Shown: positions 18,078 to 26,911 of the stretch, in pieces | Position numbering within the stretch: the first letter of the stretch is position 1 | Layout: each line of letters begins with the position of its first letter | Notes under the pieces: model-generated | What the model saw: the letters and a program-made list of their open reading frames with translations, nothing else | Databases searched by the model: none | What the model was told of the DNA's origin: nothing | Made by a program: the position numbers and the translations under genes | From: Candidatus Kaelpia imicola | GTDB taxonomy: Bacteria; Omnitrophota; Gorgyraeia; Kaelpiales; Kaelpiaceae | Direction of reading: 5' to 3' | DNA length: 64,000 nt | Assembly: GCA_030765505.1 (NCBI GenBank) | Contig: JAVCCL010000043.1 | Coordinates: 5,686-69,685, forward strand

Positions 18078-19598
18078 ATGGTTCTATCTCTGTCTCAAAA
18101 TTATCGTTACAAGATCAGCTCTACTCTATCGAGAGAGCAGGGTGTCACTTTCGTCTCAGCTGTTATCCTGGTTGCTGTAATGTCGCTCTCTATCTGGGCA
18201 TCCCTGGTATTGAGCGATGTAATACTTAAGGCCAAGAGCGTCGGCACCACAGAAAGCGAGATGGAGATAATAGCCGAAGGCCTTTTAAATTTCTATAGAG
18301 ATTGCGATCAATTTATAACTGATACAGGAGTGCTTTCAACAGATTTCCTCGATTTAGAGACTCAGCCTCTGGCACCCCGTTTTGAGGGTACTCCATCTTT
18401 GCAGAGTTACAGGCAGAGTGCCTGGGACGGCCCCTATGTTAGAGGGGGTTACGATGAAGATAAGGATGGAGATACGGTTGATTTTATACAGGAGTATTTT
18501 AAAGATGCCTGGAATAAGACCTATATCTATGATTATACTGCCGGGGCTACTTCGGCTACTATTACAAGCTATGGTTTAAACCGTGCAACTGGTGGAGGAG
18601 ATGATATAGTGGTAACAGTTACTGCAGATGGCGTGGTAGAGGAGAAGATAAGAAAGACAAAAGAAGAGCTGGCTTATATAAATGCCAGAAAAGAAGAGTT
18701 AGAGACAAGGTATGATAATGCCGGTGAGACCTGGCCTCCTGTAGGTTTTGATATTGATAGTCTATTCAGTACTTACGGATGTGATACCACAGGTCTTGTG
18801 AGTCATTGGAAGATGGATGAGGCAGTTTGGTCAGGAGTAGCTAATGAGGTAGTAGATTCAGTAGGCACTAATCATGGAACAGGACAGCCCACAGGTGCTT
18901 CTTATACCGGGCCCACAACAGTTTTTACAGGTAAGCTTGGCAGATGTGGCAGTTTTGATGGCACTGATGATTATGTAAATTCTATTAATGTTGATTCTTG
19001 GATTAGAACTGTCAATGATATAACTGTAACTGGATGGTATTATCATAATGCTGATACTAATGGTGCTCCTTGGTATATACTAACAAATACCTCTCCTATA
19101 GGTTCTGCGGATGGTTTTTGGTGGCATATAAAGTATACAGGGAATATTTTTTATTTAAGGACCGAAGACAATGTTAACGGGGAATCAGATGGAACTGGCA
19201 CTCCTTTTGTGTCCGAAAATACTTGGTATCATATAGCTACTGTTGTTGGAGAAGACAAGTTTCATGTTTATGTAAATGGAGATATTTACTGGGCTTGGAC
19301 ACCAAACAATGATTTTTCATGGGCAAATATAAATTCAGATACGGCATACTTTGGTATAGGGAGGAGTTACAATATAGGTAGTGATTGCAAACTTGACGAA
19401 GTCCGCATCTGGTCTCGTCCATTAACCCCAGCTGATATCTTCCAAGAATATTTAAGAGGTCCGTATCTAACTGATTGGGCTTATAAGTACGATGAATGGC
19501 AGAGCGAATATGCCTGGGATAGTGGAGATGACGTATTCTATAGTTTTGGTCCTGATAGGGTTACAGGGAGCGCAGATGATATATACCAGAGTGAATAG
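18078..19598 (+). CDS. Large minor pilin lacking Glu5; tandem GspG-like modules with an inserted LamG-like domain
   Basis: QG/VTFVSA signal without E5. Module 1 is WDGPY..DAW..Y.Y..SYG..GGGDDI. LamG runs HWKMDE...FDGTDDY...WYHIA...YVNG...LDEVRIW (about 18792-19451). Module 2 ends DEW..Y..FYSFGPD..ADDI. Confidence 0.8.
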   Translation: MVLSLSQNYRYKISSTLSREQGVTFVSAVILVAVMSLSIWASLVLSDVILKAKSVGTTESEMEIIAEGLLNFYRDCDQFITDTGVLSTDFLDLETQPLAPRFEGTPSLQSYRQSAWDGPYVRGGYDEDKDGDTVDFIQEYFKDAWNKTYIYDYTAGATSATITSYGLNRATGGGDDIVVTVTADGVVEEKIRKTKEELAYINARKEELETRYDNAGETWPPVGFDIDSLFSTYGCDTTGLVSHWKMDEAVWSGVANEVVDSVGTNHGTGQPTGASYTGPTTVFTGKLGRCGSFDGTDDYVNSINVDSWIRTVNDITVTGWYYHNADTNGAPWYILTNTSPIGSADGFWWHIKYTGNIFYLRTEDNVNGESDGTGTPFVSENTWYHIATVVGEDKFHVYVNGDIYWAWTPNNDFSWANINSDTAYFGIGRSYNIGSDCKLDEVRIWSRPLTPADIFQEYLRGPYLTDWAYKYDEWQSEYAWDSGDDVFYSFGPDRVTGSADDIYQSE

Positions 19599-19611
19599 AA
19601 AAGGTGATGAT

Positions 19612-20286
19612 ATGAGAAGAGAAGGTTTTACATTACTTGAGATAATAGTTGTGATCATTATTGTCGGTATCTTTGCCGGGGTTCTGACTCCTCTTGGTAA
19701 TATTGCTATCAGGCGTACGAAGATTAGGAGCACAGAAGAGAAGATGGAGATTCTTGATAAAGCTCTGGCTTCATATTATGAGAGTAATGCCGGGTTTCCA
19801 GCAGATTCAGGTCTTGACCCCAATGATCTAACCACTTTAGAGACAGCAGGTTATATTAGTGAGTCTGAATACAGTGATGACTATGCCTATGATGCCTGGC
19901 GGGTAGCTTTTCAATATACCTACAATGCCGGTCAAGTCAGTGTTACGATACGCTCATTCGGCCCGGATAGAGTAGAGAGTAGTGATGATATTCTCTATAT
20001 AGTACAGGCTAAAGACATCTGGAAGAAGTGGCGTAGAGATACTCAGGAGAGGCTGAGAAAGGTAAATCAGGCTGTTGAGAAGTATATCTCAGAAGGTAAT
20101 ACTGTTACTACAGGGGACAGTTCTGAAGTTCTATCTTCTGAGCTTGATGCCGCCGACATCTATGACCCCTGGGGAGAACCTTACCGTTATGACGAGAGTC
20201 TGTCTACATTTTATAGTTACGGTCCCGATAGTACTCCAAGCAGTGCTGATGAGATCTATCCGGCAGGAGTCGATACAGCGCCATAG
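19612..20286 (+). CDS. Minor pilin with two tandem GspG-like modules
   Basis: Start moved to ATG 19612 (SD AAGGTG). EG/FTLLEI signal, DAW..F.Y..SFGPD..DDI, then DPWGEPY..YSYGPD..ADEI. Confidence 0.85.
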   Translation: MRREGFTLLEIIVVIIIVGIFAGVLTPLGNIAIRRTKIRSTEEKMEILDKALASYYESNAGFPADSGLDPNDLTTLETAGYISESEYSDDYAYDAWRVAFQYTYNAGQVSVTIRSFGPDRVESSDDILYIVQAKDIWKKWRRDTQERLRKVNQAVEKYISEGNTVTTGDSSEVLSSELDAADIYDPWGEPYRYDESLSTFYSYGPDSTPSSADEIYPAGVDTAP

Positions 20287-20288
20287 TT

Positions 20289-20996
20289 ATGAGCTATCTG
20301 TATAATAAGATTAAAGGTGTAACTCTGATAGAGCTTGTTGTTGTTATCATAATAATGGGGATTTTAGCCGGGATGTTAACACCTCTTGCAGCAACGACTA
20401 TAAGAAGGGCAAAGATATCCAATGCTGAGAGTAAGCTCTATGCTTTAGGTGAAGCGTTAAGGCTTTACTACGAGTGTAATTTCGATTTACCAGCCAGTGA
20501 TTTAGCAGATCTCTCTCCGGAATATATCAGGTCTTCTGAATATAGCGGTGACTATGCCTACGATGCCTGGAGGAAAGCTATCGTATATACCAAATCGGAC
20601 TCAAAGAGCGCGACTGTTCTCTCTTATGGGCCAAACAGGGTAAGCGGGGGAGATGACATAACATATAATGTCTTCTGCAGCGATATCTATAGAGACTATC
20701 GCAGAGCGACAGAGATTGAGCTGATAGAGGTTAACAGGGCTGTTGAGGATTTTGTAAGGGATGGTTATCTTTTAAGCAGTTCTATTACATCTGCATCGGC
20801 TGATTTTAGTACTTATTTAACAGATAGCGATTATAGATATGATAATTGGGGTATTAGAGGTGCTCCAGGTGAAGATAGGGCAGATGGGGAGCCTTACCAC
20901 TATGATGAGACCAGGAAGACATTCTATAGTTATGGTCCTGACGGAGCTGATGACTCCTGCGGTGATGATGATATTCTACCTGAGGGGATGCCTTAG
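20289..20996 (+). CDS. Minor pilin with two tandem GspG-like modules (paralog of 19612-20286)
   Basis: KG/VTLIEL signal, SEYSGDYAYDAW, SYGPNRVSGGDDI and GEPYHYDE..FYSYGPDG..DDDI. Confidence 0.85.
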   Translation: MSYLYNKIKGVTLIELVVVIIIMGILAGMLTPLAATTIRRAKISNAESKLYALGEALRLYYECNFDLPASDLADLSPEYIRSSEYSGDYAYDAWRKAIVYTKSDSKSATVLSYGPNRVSGGDDITYNVFCSDIYRDYRRATEIELIEVNRAVEDFVRDGYLLSSSITSASADFSTYLTDSDYRYDNWGIRGAPGEDRADGEPYHYDETRKTFYSYGPDGADDSCGDDDILPEGMP

Positions 20997-21001
20997 ATAT
21001 A

Positions 21002-22447
21002 ATGCATAGATTTAGCCGGCTGTTAGTATTCAGGTATTCTGGAGATTCCGGCATTACCCTTATGGAGCTTGTCGTTGCGATTGTTATCTCCTCACTCATT
21101 GCAGGTACTTTTGCTACTATATTCTATAATGTTACAACTTCCGAATTAAAAGATGCGACTAGAGACGAATTAGATATTATAGCCGAATCTTTACTCGATT
21201 TTTATAAGGACCTAGATCAGTTCCCTAAAGATTCCGGTGCTGTCAGTACCGACTTTCTTGATTTAGAGAGAACCCCTACGCCTAACAGCAGGATGGATGC
21301 AGCTGTTGCTGCTTTACAGGCTTGGAGAGTAGCAGCCTGGGACGGGCCATATATTCAGGATAAGTTTGACGATGATAGTTATCAGAAAGATGCCTGGCAG
21401 AATGATTATATTTATGATTATACTTACGGGAATGATTTCTGTGTTGTTACAAGCTATGGTCCAGATGGAGTAGTCGGAGGGACAGATAATATAGTTGTAA
21501 GGGCTAATGCCAAAACCATCAAAGAAGACAGAGTACGAGGAGTTCAGGATGAACTTGATATTATTCAGCTTGCATTGGCTGATTATGTAAGAGCAACAGG
21601 CTCTGCTCCAAGTGATATCTCAAGCCTATTTGAGTGGGAGGTTTTAAATCTCCATATGGATGAGTCTGTTTGGACTGGGGCAGCAGATGAAGTGGTAGAT
21701 AATAGCGGTATGGGTAACAATGGTACAGCTTATAATGGAGTAACTACTACAAGTAGTGGGAAAGTGGGACGGGCGGGAAGTTTTGATGGTAGTAGCGATT
21801 ATGCTAGCATTGCTGATAGTGTTAGCTTGGATATTGATGGTGCAATTACAATTGAGGCATGGGTTAAACTTACAGCTGGATATCCATCTTCACATCAGAT
21901 GATAGCAAGTAAAGGTGGTGTAGCTTGGTATATGTCTATTTACAATAATAAGGTTTTCTTTTCACCTTGGATAAATGGAACACAAACTTATACGCAGGGA
22001 TCAGAAATAGTTTCAGAGAATGCATGGCATCATGTTGCTTGCTCATGGAGCCCAGCAACAGATAAATATTATACATATTTAGATGGACAAGTTGATGTTG
22101 ATGTAACTCATTCTGGAAGCTCTCTTAGCACGAATGCGAGTAATTTGCTTATTAGTGCTTATGCGAGTCAAGGAGACCTCCCGTTTAATGGTATAATCGA
22201 CGAAGTTCGCATTTATAGCGTAACTCTTTCTTCAGATGAAATCTACCAACACTATATTAACCCAGGATACCCAAGAGATTATTTTGATTTGCATGACTAT
22301 GCTTTTAAGTATGACGGGTGGGAGAGTGAATATGCTTTAGGTTCAATGACGGTAGGCGGTGAGACAGTCTATTACTTTTACTCCTGCGGCTCAGATAGAG
22401 CTGATGATTCCGGAGCAGATGACGATATAAAGCCCAGAGGACTATAG
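21002..22447 (+). CDS. Large minor pilin; tandem GspG-like modules with an inserted LamG-like domain (paralog of 18078-19598)
   Basis: SG/ITLMEL signal, STDFLDLE, AWDGPY and KDAW. LamG runs LHMDE...FDGSSDY...TIEAWVK...WHHVA...YLDG...FNGIIDEVRIY (about 21641-22255). Ends YSCGSD..GADDDI. Confidence 0.82.
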   Translation: MHRFSRLLVFRYSGDSGITLMELVVAIVISSLIAGTFATIFYNVTTSELKDATRDELDIIAESLLDFYKDLDQFPKDSGAVSTDFLDLERTPTPNSRMDAAVAALQAWRVAAWDGPYIQDKFDDDSYQKDAWQNDYIYDYTYGNDFCVVTSYGPDGVVGGTDNIVVRANAKTIKEDRVRGVQDELDIIQLALADYVRATGSAPSDISSLFEWEVLNLHMDESVWTGAADEVVDNSGMGNNGTAYNGVTTTSSGKVGRAGSFDGSSDYASIADSVSLDIDGAITIEAWVKLTAGYPSSHQMIASKGGVAWYMSIYNNKVFFSPWINGTQTYTQGSEIVSENAWHHVACSWSPATDKYYTYLDGQVDVDVTHSGSSLSTNASNLLISAYASQGDLPFNGIIDEVRIYSVTLSSDEIYQHYINPGYPRDYFDLHDYAFKYDGWESEYALGSMTVGGETVYYFYSCGSDRADDSGADDDIKPRGL

Positions 22448-22450
22448 TTC

Positions 22451-22474
22451 CTTAAAAGATATATATCTTTTAAG
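22451..22474. repeat. Perfect 24-bp palindrome between the pilin array and pilM
   Basis: CTTAAAAGATAT|ATATCTTTTAAG is its own reverse complement. Confidence 0.85.
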
Positions 22475-22505
22475 CAGGGATAAATTTTGATAGAATTGAT
22501 AATCT

Positions 22506-24164
22506 ATGAAGGATAAAAAATATCTCGGTTTTGAATTAAGTAAAGAGAGTCTCAAAATAATTGAGATTGAGGGTTCATCTCAAAATGATTTTAAGATAGT
22601 CTACTATAAAAATATAGTTATACCGATGCTTACATTGCCGGGGGGTGAGAAGACAAAAGATATGGTTGTTGATTGGGATATGCTTCTTACCCAGCTTAAG
22701 ACTGAGATCAAAGATAGAAACTACAGCAGCAGCCTGATATCTCTAACAGTACCCTCGAAAGATGCTTCTGATGTAGTTCTTACTATTCCGCTTATCAAGG
22801 GTAAGGATATAGTGCAGTTCTTAGAGCGTGAGATCAAAAAAACAACAGTAATTCAGGAGGATAGAAATAATAAGATTGAATATCTAAAGCTTGGAGATAG
22901 AACGGTTAAGACCGGCAGGGTCCAGGATATTTTAACGGTCTTAACGGATGCGGATAAACTGAAGAATTATTTGAATAATTTTGCATCTTTAGGCGTAAGA
23001 CCGCATATATTTGCAATTAAGCCCTATGCACTTTACAGCCTGATGGAGAATCTCTATCCGGAATTTAAAAATGTTGTTCTTATTGACGTGGGTAGTGAAT
23101 TGACATCTATGGTTGTAATTAAGGATGGTCAGCTGAAGTTTGCAAGAAGTATGTATATAACCATAGGCAGCATAGTAGAGGCGGTATCAGAGGAGAACAA
23201 TCTTCCAGAGAGAGAGGTAGCAGATTTTATCAGTCAGCATGGATTTAAAATCGAATCTTATCCTGAGACAGAAGAGGGTAAGAAATATAAGAGGTCTATT
23301 TTGAAATTCTTAGATAGGTTCAGGGCTGAATTGCAGAGGTCGATACTATTCTATCAGGAGAAGTTCGGCTCTGGCGATAGAGTCTCTAAGATAGTTCTTA
23401 CCGGAGGCGGGCTGGGAGTTGCCGATATAACTGAGTTTTTAAAAGAGAGATTGAAGCTGGAGATAGAGACTCTGCCCATTGCAAAGCGGCTTATTGCTGG
23501 TGATGATTTTAAGAGCTGTTACTCTCTCTATGCTTCTTCTATCGGCGGAGCTTTAATCTCAGACTTAAAAAGCAAGTTTAACCTCGCGCCTAAAGTAGAG
23601 AAAGATAGGACCGGCAGGCGAATACATCTTGAGATAGCGGTGGTATTTCTGTTTGTCTATGCCGCTATATACTATCTTCACCTTGGTTATAAGAACAGGC
23701 TCTCTGTACAAAAAAAACAACTTAATCAGATTCAGTTTGAGATAGGGAGTTATCCGGGGAACTTAGAGCAGGAGTATAAAGATGTTTTAAGCAAAAGAGA
23801 GGATTTTTCTGAATTGGAAAAGAGTTTCTTGAATTTGCAAAAGCCTTATATTGAATGGAAAGGGTTCTTTACCGAGATCTCAAATCGTATAGACCCAACT
23901 ATGTTAGTGGTTGATTTCTGGGTAGGGTTTAACAGTGAAGGTGCTATGGTATTTCAGATTCAGGGTGAGTACGAAGGGACCTATCCGAATGCTCAGCTGG
24001 TGCTGAGAAAAGCGAGGCTCAGCTTTGAAGAGTCAGACTTATTTCAGAATATTAAATTTGAGATTCAGAGATCCGGCAAAGTTAAGATAGGCGAGATTAG
24101 AAACTATCCCTATACTATGGCCGGATATATAAATTCTGATTTCTTAACCAAGAGAGAGCTATGA
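22506..24164 (+). CDS. pilM: PilM-PilN fusion (alignment complex)
   Basis: Actin-like PilM (LGFELSKESLKIIE, LIDVGSELT, IVLTGGG), then FNLAP (PilN INLLP-like), one TM, a coiled coil and a periplasmic domain. Confidence 0.8.
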   Translation: MKDKKYLGFELSKESLKIIEIEGSSQNDFKIVYYKNIVIPMLTLPGGEKTKDMVVDWDMLLTQLKTEIKDRNYSSSLISLTVPSKDASDVVLTIPLIKGKDIVQFLEREIKKTTVIQEDRNNKIEYLKLGDRTVKTGRVQDILTVLTDADKLKNYLNNFASLGVRPHIFAIKPYALYSLMENLYPEFKNVVLIDVGSELTSMVVIKDGQLKFARSMYITIGSIVEAVSEENNLPEREVADFISQHGFKIESYPETEEGKKYKRSILKFLDRFRAELQRSILFYQEKFGSGDRVSKIVLTGGGLGVADITEFLKERLKLEIETLPIAKRLIAGDDFKSCYSLYASSIGGALISDLKSKFNLAPKVEKDRTGRRIHLEIAVVFLFVYAAIYYLHLGYKNRLSVQKKQLNQIQFEIGSYPGNLEQEYKDVLSKREDFSELEKSFLNLQKPYIEWKGFFTEISNRIDPTMLVVDFWVGFNSEGAMVFQIQGEYEGTYPNAQLVLRKARLSFEESDLFQNIKFEIQRSGKVKIGEIRNYPYTMAGYINSDFLTKREL

Positions 24165-24736
24165 TAGGGTTTAATTTTAAAATCGATAAACAGTTTGCGG
24201 TAATAATTTTCTACATCTTATTGGGGACTATTATTGCCGCAGCGCTATATTTTCTTCTAGTCCTAAAGACTACCGGTAATATAGAGGATTATAACAGCAG
24301 AATGGATATTGCTTCAGGTGAAAGCAAAAGAAAGAGAATGATGCTTCAGGCGATAACTGAATTTAACGAGACTAAATTAGAGATAGAGGCGAAGACTTTG
24401 AAATTTTCTGAACATATTCCCTATAAGGTTGATACGACCGAGTTTGTTAAACTATTGGACAGTTTCTCTTCCGAGTTTAGTTCCAAGTATGGGCTGAAAG
24501 ATATGAGGATTGATATCTTGCCTCTTACGGAAGTAGAAGAGGGGTACTATGAGAGGCAGTTCAGGATATATTGCCAGGGCAGGTATATGGATTTGATGAG
24601 ATTCTTTGATATTCTTCAGAGAGTAAGATACCTTATAAATGTCGAAGAGCTGAGTATAAAAAGAAATCCGAAAATAATCCCCTACCTTGAAACGGATTTA
24701 AGGATAACTATAATTCAAACCTCAGAAGAAGAGTAG
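24161..24736 (+). CDS. pilO: PilO-like protein
   Basis: N-terminal TM, coiled coil, HIP, and G.Y.DL.RFFD.L.....LINVEELSI. Confidence 0.8.
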   Translation: MIGFNFKIDKQFAVIIFYILLGTIIAAALYFLLVLKTTGNIEDYNSRMDIASGESKRKRMMLQAITEFNETKLEIEAKTLKFSEHIPYKVDTTEFVKLLDSFSSEFSSKYGLKDMRIDILPLTEVEEGYYERQFRIYCQGRYMDLMRFFDILQRVRYLINVEELSIKRNPKIIPYLETDLRITIIQTSEEE

Positions 24737-24787
24737 TCTGTCTCTATCTATTATAAGTCTCTCCTTGAGCAAGGATAGCTATGTTCG

Positions 24788-24816
24788 TTGACTCCTCTTT
24801 GGTTATAATATAAAAT
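24788..24816 (+). promoter_or_regulatory. Sigma70 promoter of tRNA-Leu(CAG)
   Basis: TTGACT, 17 bp spacer, TAAAAT. Confidence 0.65.
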
Positions 24817-24834
24817 AACCAGATAATATAGCAG

Positions 24835-24917
24835 GCCGAGATGGCGGAATGGCAGACGCGCATGGTTCAGGACCATGTCCCTGAAAAGGGGTGGGGGTTC
24901 AAGTCCCCCTCTCGGCA
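24835..24917 (+). tRNA. tRNA-Leu, anticodon CAG
   Basis: Acceptor GCCGAGA/TCTCGGC+A, anticodon loop TT-CAG-GA, variable arm CCCT-GAAA-AGGG, T-loop TTCAAGT. Confidence 0.95.
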
Positions 24918-24930
24918 GTGAATATAGATT

Positions 24931-25869
24931 ATGGAGAGTTTAAATTTCAATATCGGACTCTGGAAAGCGCTTTTTGAGACAGCACTGCTTGTATTGGCCG
25001 GTTATATTAGCCGCAGGCTGGGTGTTTTTAAAGGTGATGCCGTAAAGGATTTAACGAAGTTCATAATCTATGTAACTCTGCCTGCGCTTATTTTTTACTC
25101 TTTCAGCTCTCATTTGAATAGAGCTAACCTCGGAGACTGCTCTCTCTTTTTTTTAGTCTCTCTGATTATCTTTCTAATAGGTTTTGTAGTTGGACTTATC
25201 TTTACCAAATCTCTCCTCAAAAGAGAAAATTTAAAAAGGGAGTTTATATTATTAAACGCATTTCAAAACTCCGGATATCTTCCTCTGGCTCTGGTTGGAA
25301 ACCTTCTCTCACCTGCTGAGGCAGAGATTGCGTACCTTTATATATTCTCTTACCTTGTGGGTTTTAATCTCATAATGCTCTCTTTCGGTTTTTACTATAT
25401 GCATGCCTCATCAGAGATGAAGCTGAAGAGTTTTATTACGCCGGCTTTTATCGCATCTATTCTGGGTATAGCTTTTGCTTTAAGCGGTTTAGCAGCCGGG
25501 ATTCCAGATATTATTATCCAGCCGATACATAAATTAGGCTCTACTACTGTGCCTCTGGGTATGGTTATGCTGGGAATGATATTGGCTCAATCCAGGCTCT
25601 TCAGACTAGAGCACTTGAGGGAGCTTTCGGTTCTGATATTCTCTAAGCTTCTTCTTATACCGCTGGTAGTTTTGGTCTTGTTAAAGCTTATCAAGCTGGA
25701 TGGTCTGATCTCTTTTTTGATACTGCTTCAGGCTGCCATGCCTTCAGCTACCACTCTATCTCTAATTGCGCATTTTAAAAACGCTCATACAGAGTTTGTC
25801 TCTCAAGGTATTATATATACACATCTTTTTTTACTCTTAACTCTGCCGTTAATTTTTTTATTGTTTTAA
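24931..25869 (+). CDS. AEC (auxin efflux carrier) family transporter
   Basis: About 10 TMs, TLPALIF, NSGYLPLAL, TVPLGM and QAAMPSA. Confidence 0.85.
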   Translation: MESLNFNIGLWKALFETALLVLAGYISRRLGVFKGDAVKDLTKFIIYVTLPALIFYSFSSHLNRANLGDCSLFFLVSLIIFLIGFVVGLIFTKSLLKRENLKREFILLNAFQNSGYLPLALVGNLLSPAEAEIAYLYIFSYLVGFNLIMLSFGFYYMHASSEMKLKSFITPAFIASILGIAFALSGLAAGIPDIIIQPIHKLGSTTVPLGMVMLGMILAQSRLFRLEHLRELSVLIFSKLLLIPLVVLVLLKLIKLDGLISFLILLQAAMPSATTLSLIAHFKNAHTEFVSQGIIYTHLFLLLTLPLIFLLF

Positions 25870-25870
25870 G

Positions 25871-26416
25871 ATGCAGGTTATCTCTGGAAGATTTAAAGGT
25901 TTAAGAGTCTATGCTCCGCTTAGGAGCAGGATCAGTCCCACATCTTCCGTTGTAAAGAGGGCTATATTCGACTCCTTAAGAGAGAATGTTAATAATAAAG
26001 TAATTTTGGATCTCTATGCCGGCAGCGGAGCTCTGGGTATCGAAGCCCTTTCACGGGGTGGAATTGAGGCGGTATTTGTTGAAAATGATCCGGACTCTCT
26101 AAATGCTATAGGCAAGAATATCAAACCTCTTAAGAGTGTTAAGACTGAGGTTATTGCTATGGATGCGGCTATGGCAATAAGATTCTTAAGGGGCAGGAAG
26201 TTTGATATTATCTTTCTGGATCCTCCTTACCGGGAGAAGGTGATTAAATCTGTATTGCTTGAAATCTCTGAATGTGATATAGTAAAAAAGGATTCGCTTC
26301 TTTTCGCAGAACATCATAAAAAAGAGATAGTCTCTGGAGATATCGGGGCCTTTAGGTTAGTGAAAGAGAAAAAATACGGTGAGACCGTAGTATCTGTATT
26401 TACGAATTCTGTTTGA
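25871..26416 (+). CDS. rsmD: 16S rRNA m2G966 methyltransferase
   Basis: VISGRFKG, LDLYAGSGALGIEALSRG, FLDPPY and YGET. Confidence 0.92.
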   Translation: MQVISGRFKGLRVYAPLRSRISPTSSVVKRAIFDSLRENVNNKVILDLYAGSGALGIEALSRGGIEAVFVENDPDSLNAIGKNIKPLKSVKTEVIAMDAAMAIRFLRGRKFDIIFLDPPYREKVIKSVLLEISECDIVKKDSLLFAEHHKKEIVSGDIGAFRLVKEKKYGETVVSVFTNSV

Positions 26417-26904
26417 TGAAAAAAAGAGCAATATATCCTGGTAGTTTTGACCCTGTTACGCTTGGTCATCTCGATATTATAAAGCGGGGCCTGCGTCTCT
26501 TTGATGAGATAACGGTGGCTGTTGCTGATACCAATTCTAAAGATAACCTCTTTACATTATCTGAAAGAGTTCAGATGGTAGAGGATGCTGCATCTGATTT
26601 AGAGGGGATTAGAGTTGAATCATTCAAGGGGCTGATGGTAGAGTTTGCAAGAGCTAAAGGGGTTAATATTATCCTGAGAGGCTTAAGGATGATATCCGAT
26701 TTCGAATATGAGTTTCAGATGGCTTTAACCAATAGAAGGTTTGCTCCTGATATAGAGACAATATTTATGATGCCCAATGAAAAGTATTCTTATATCTCAT
26801 CCAGATTGATAAAAGAGGCAGCCTCTTTAGGGGCGGATACCTCTAGTTTTCTTCCGCAGTCTGCCATAGAGAGATTGGATGCTAAATTAAAGAGGGCCGG
26901 ATAG
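26413..26904 (+). CDS. coaD: Phosphopantetheine adenylyltransferase
   Basis: YPGSFDPVTLGHLDII, RGLR..SDFEYE and ISSRLIKE. Confidence 0.96.
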   Translation: MMKKRAIYPGSFDPVTLGHLDIIKRGLRLFDEITVAVADTNSKDNLFTLSERVQMVEDAASDLEGIRVESFKGLMVEFARAKGVNIILRGLRMISDFEYEFQMALTNRRFAPDIETIFMMPNEKYSYISSRLIKEAASLGADTSSFLPQSAIERLDAKLKRAG

Positions 26905-26911
26905 TATAATT

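Noticed and set aside
19492-19611. N-terminal extension of the 264-aa pilin ORF (similarly 16299-16343 and 33373-33399)
   Set aside because: A better SD and the expected N-terminus occur at downstream ATGs (19612, 16344, 33400), and the two pilin extensions overlap the upstream genes.
18078-22447. Diversity-generating retroelement or shufflon acting on the pilins
   Set aside because: No reverse transcriptase, recombinase, adenine-specific TR/VR pair or inverted cassettes are seen in the window. Similarities are ordinary paralogy.
8099-24834. Recently acquired genomic island or prophage between the tRNA-Leu genes
   Set aside because: Both tRNAs are full-length with their own promoters rather than an att fragment. 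There is no integrase or phage gene, and codon style matches the housekeeping genes. Kept only as a low-interest note.
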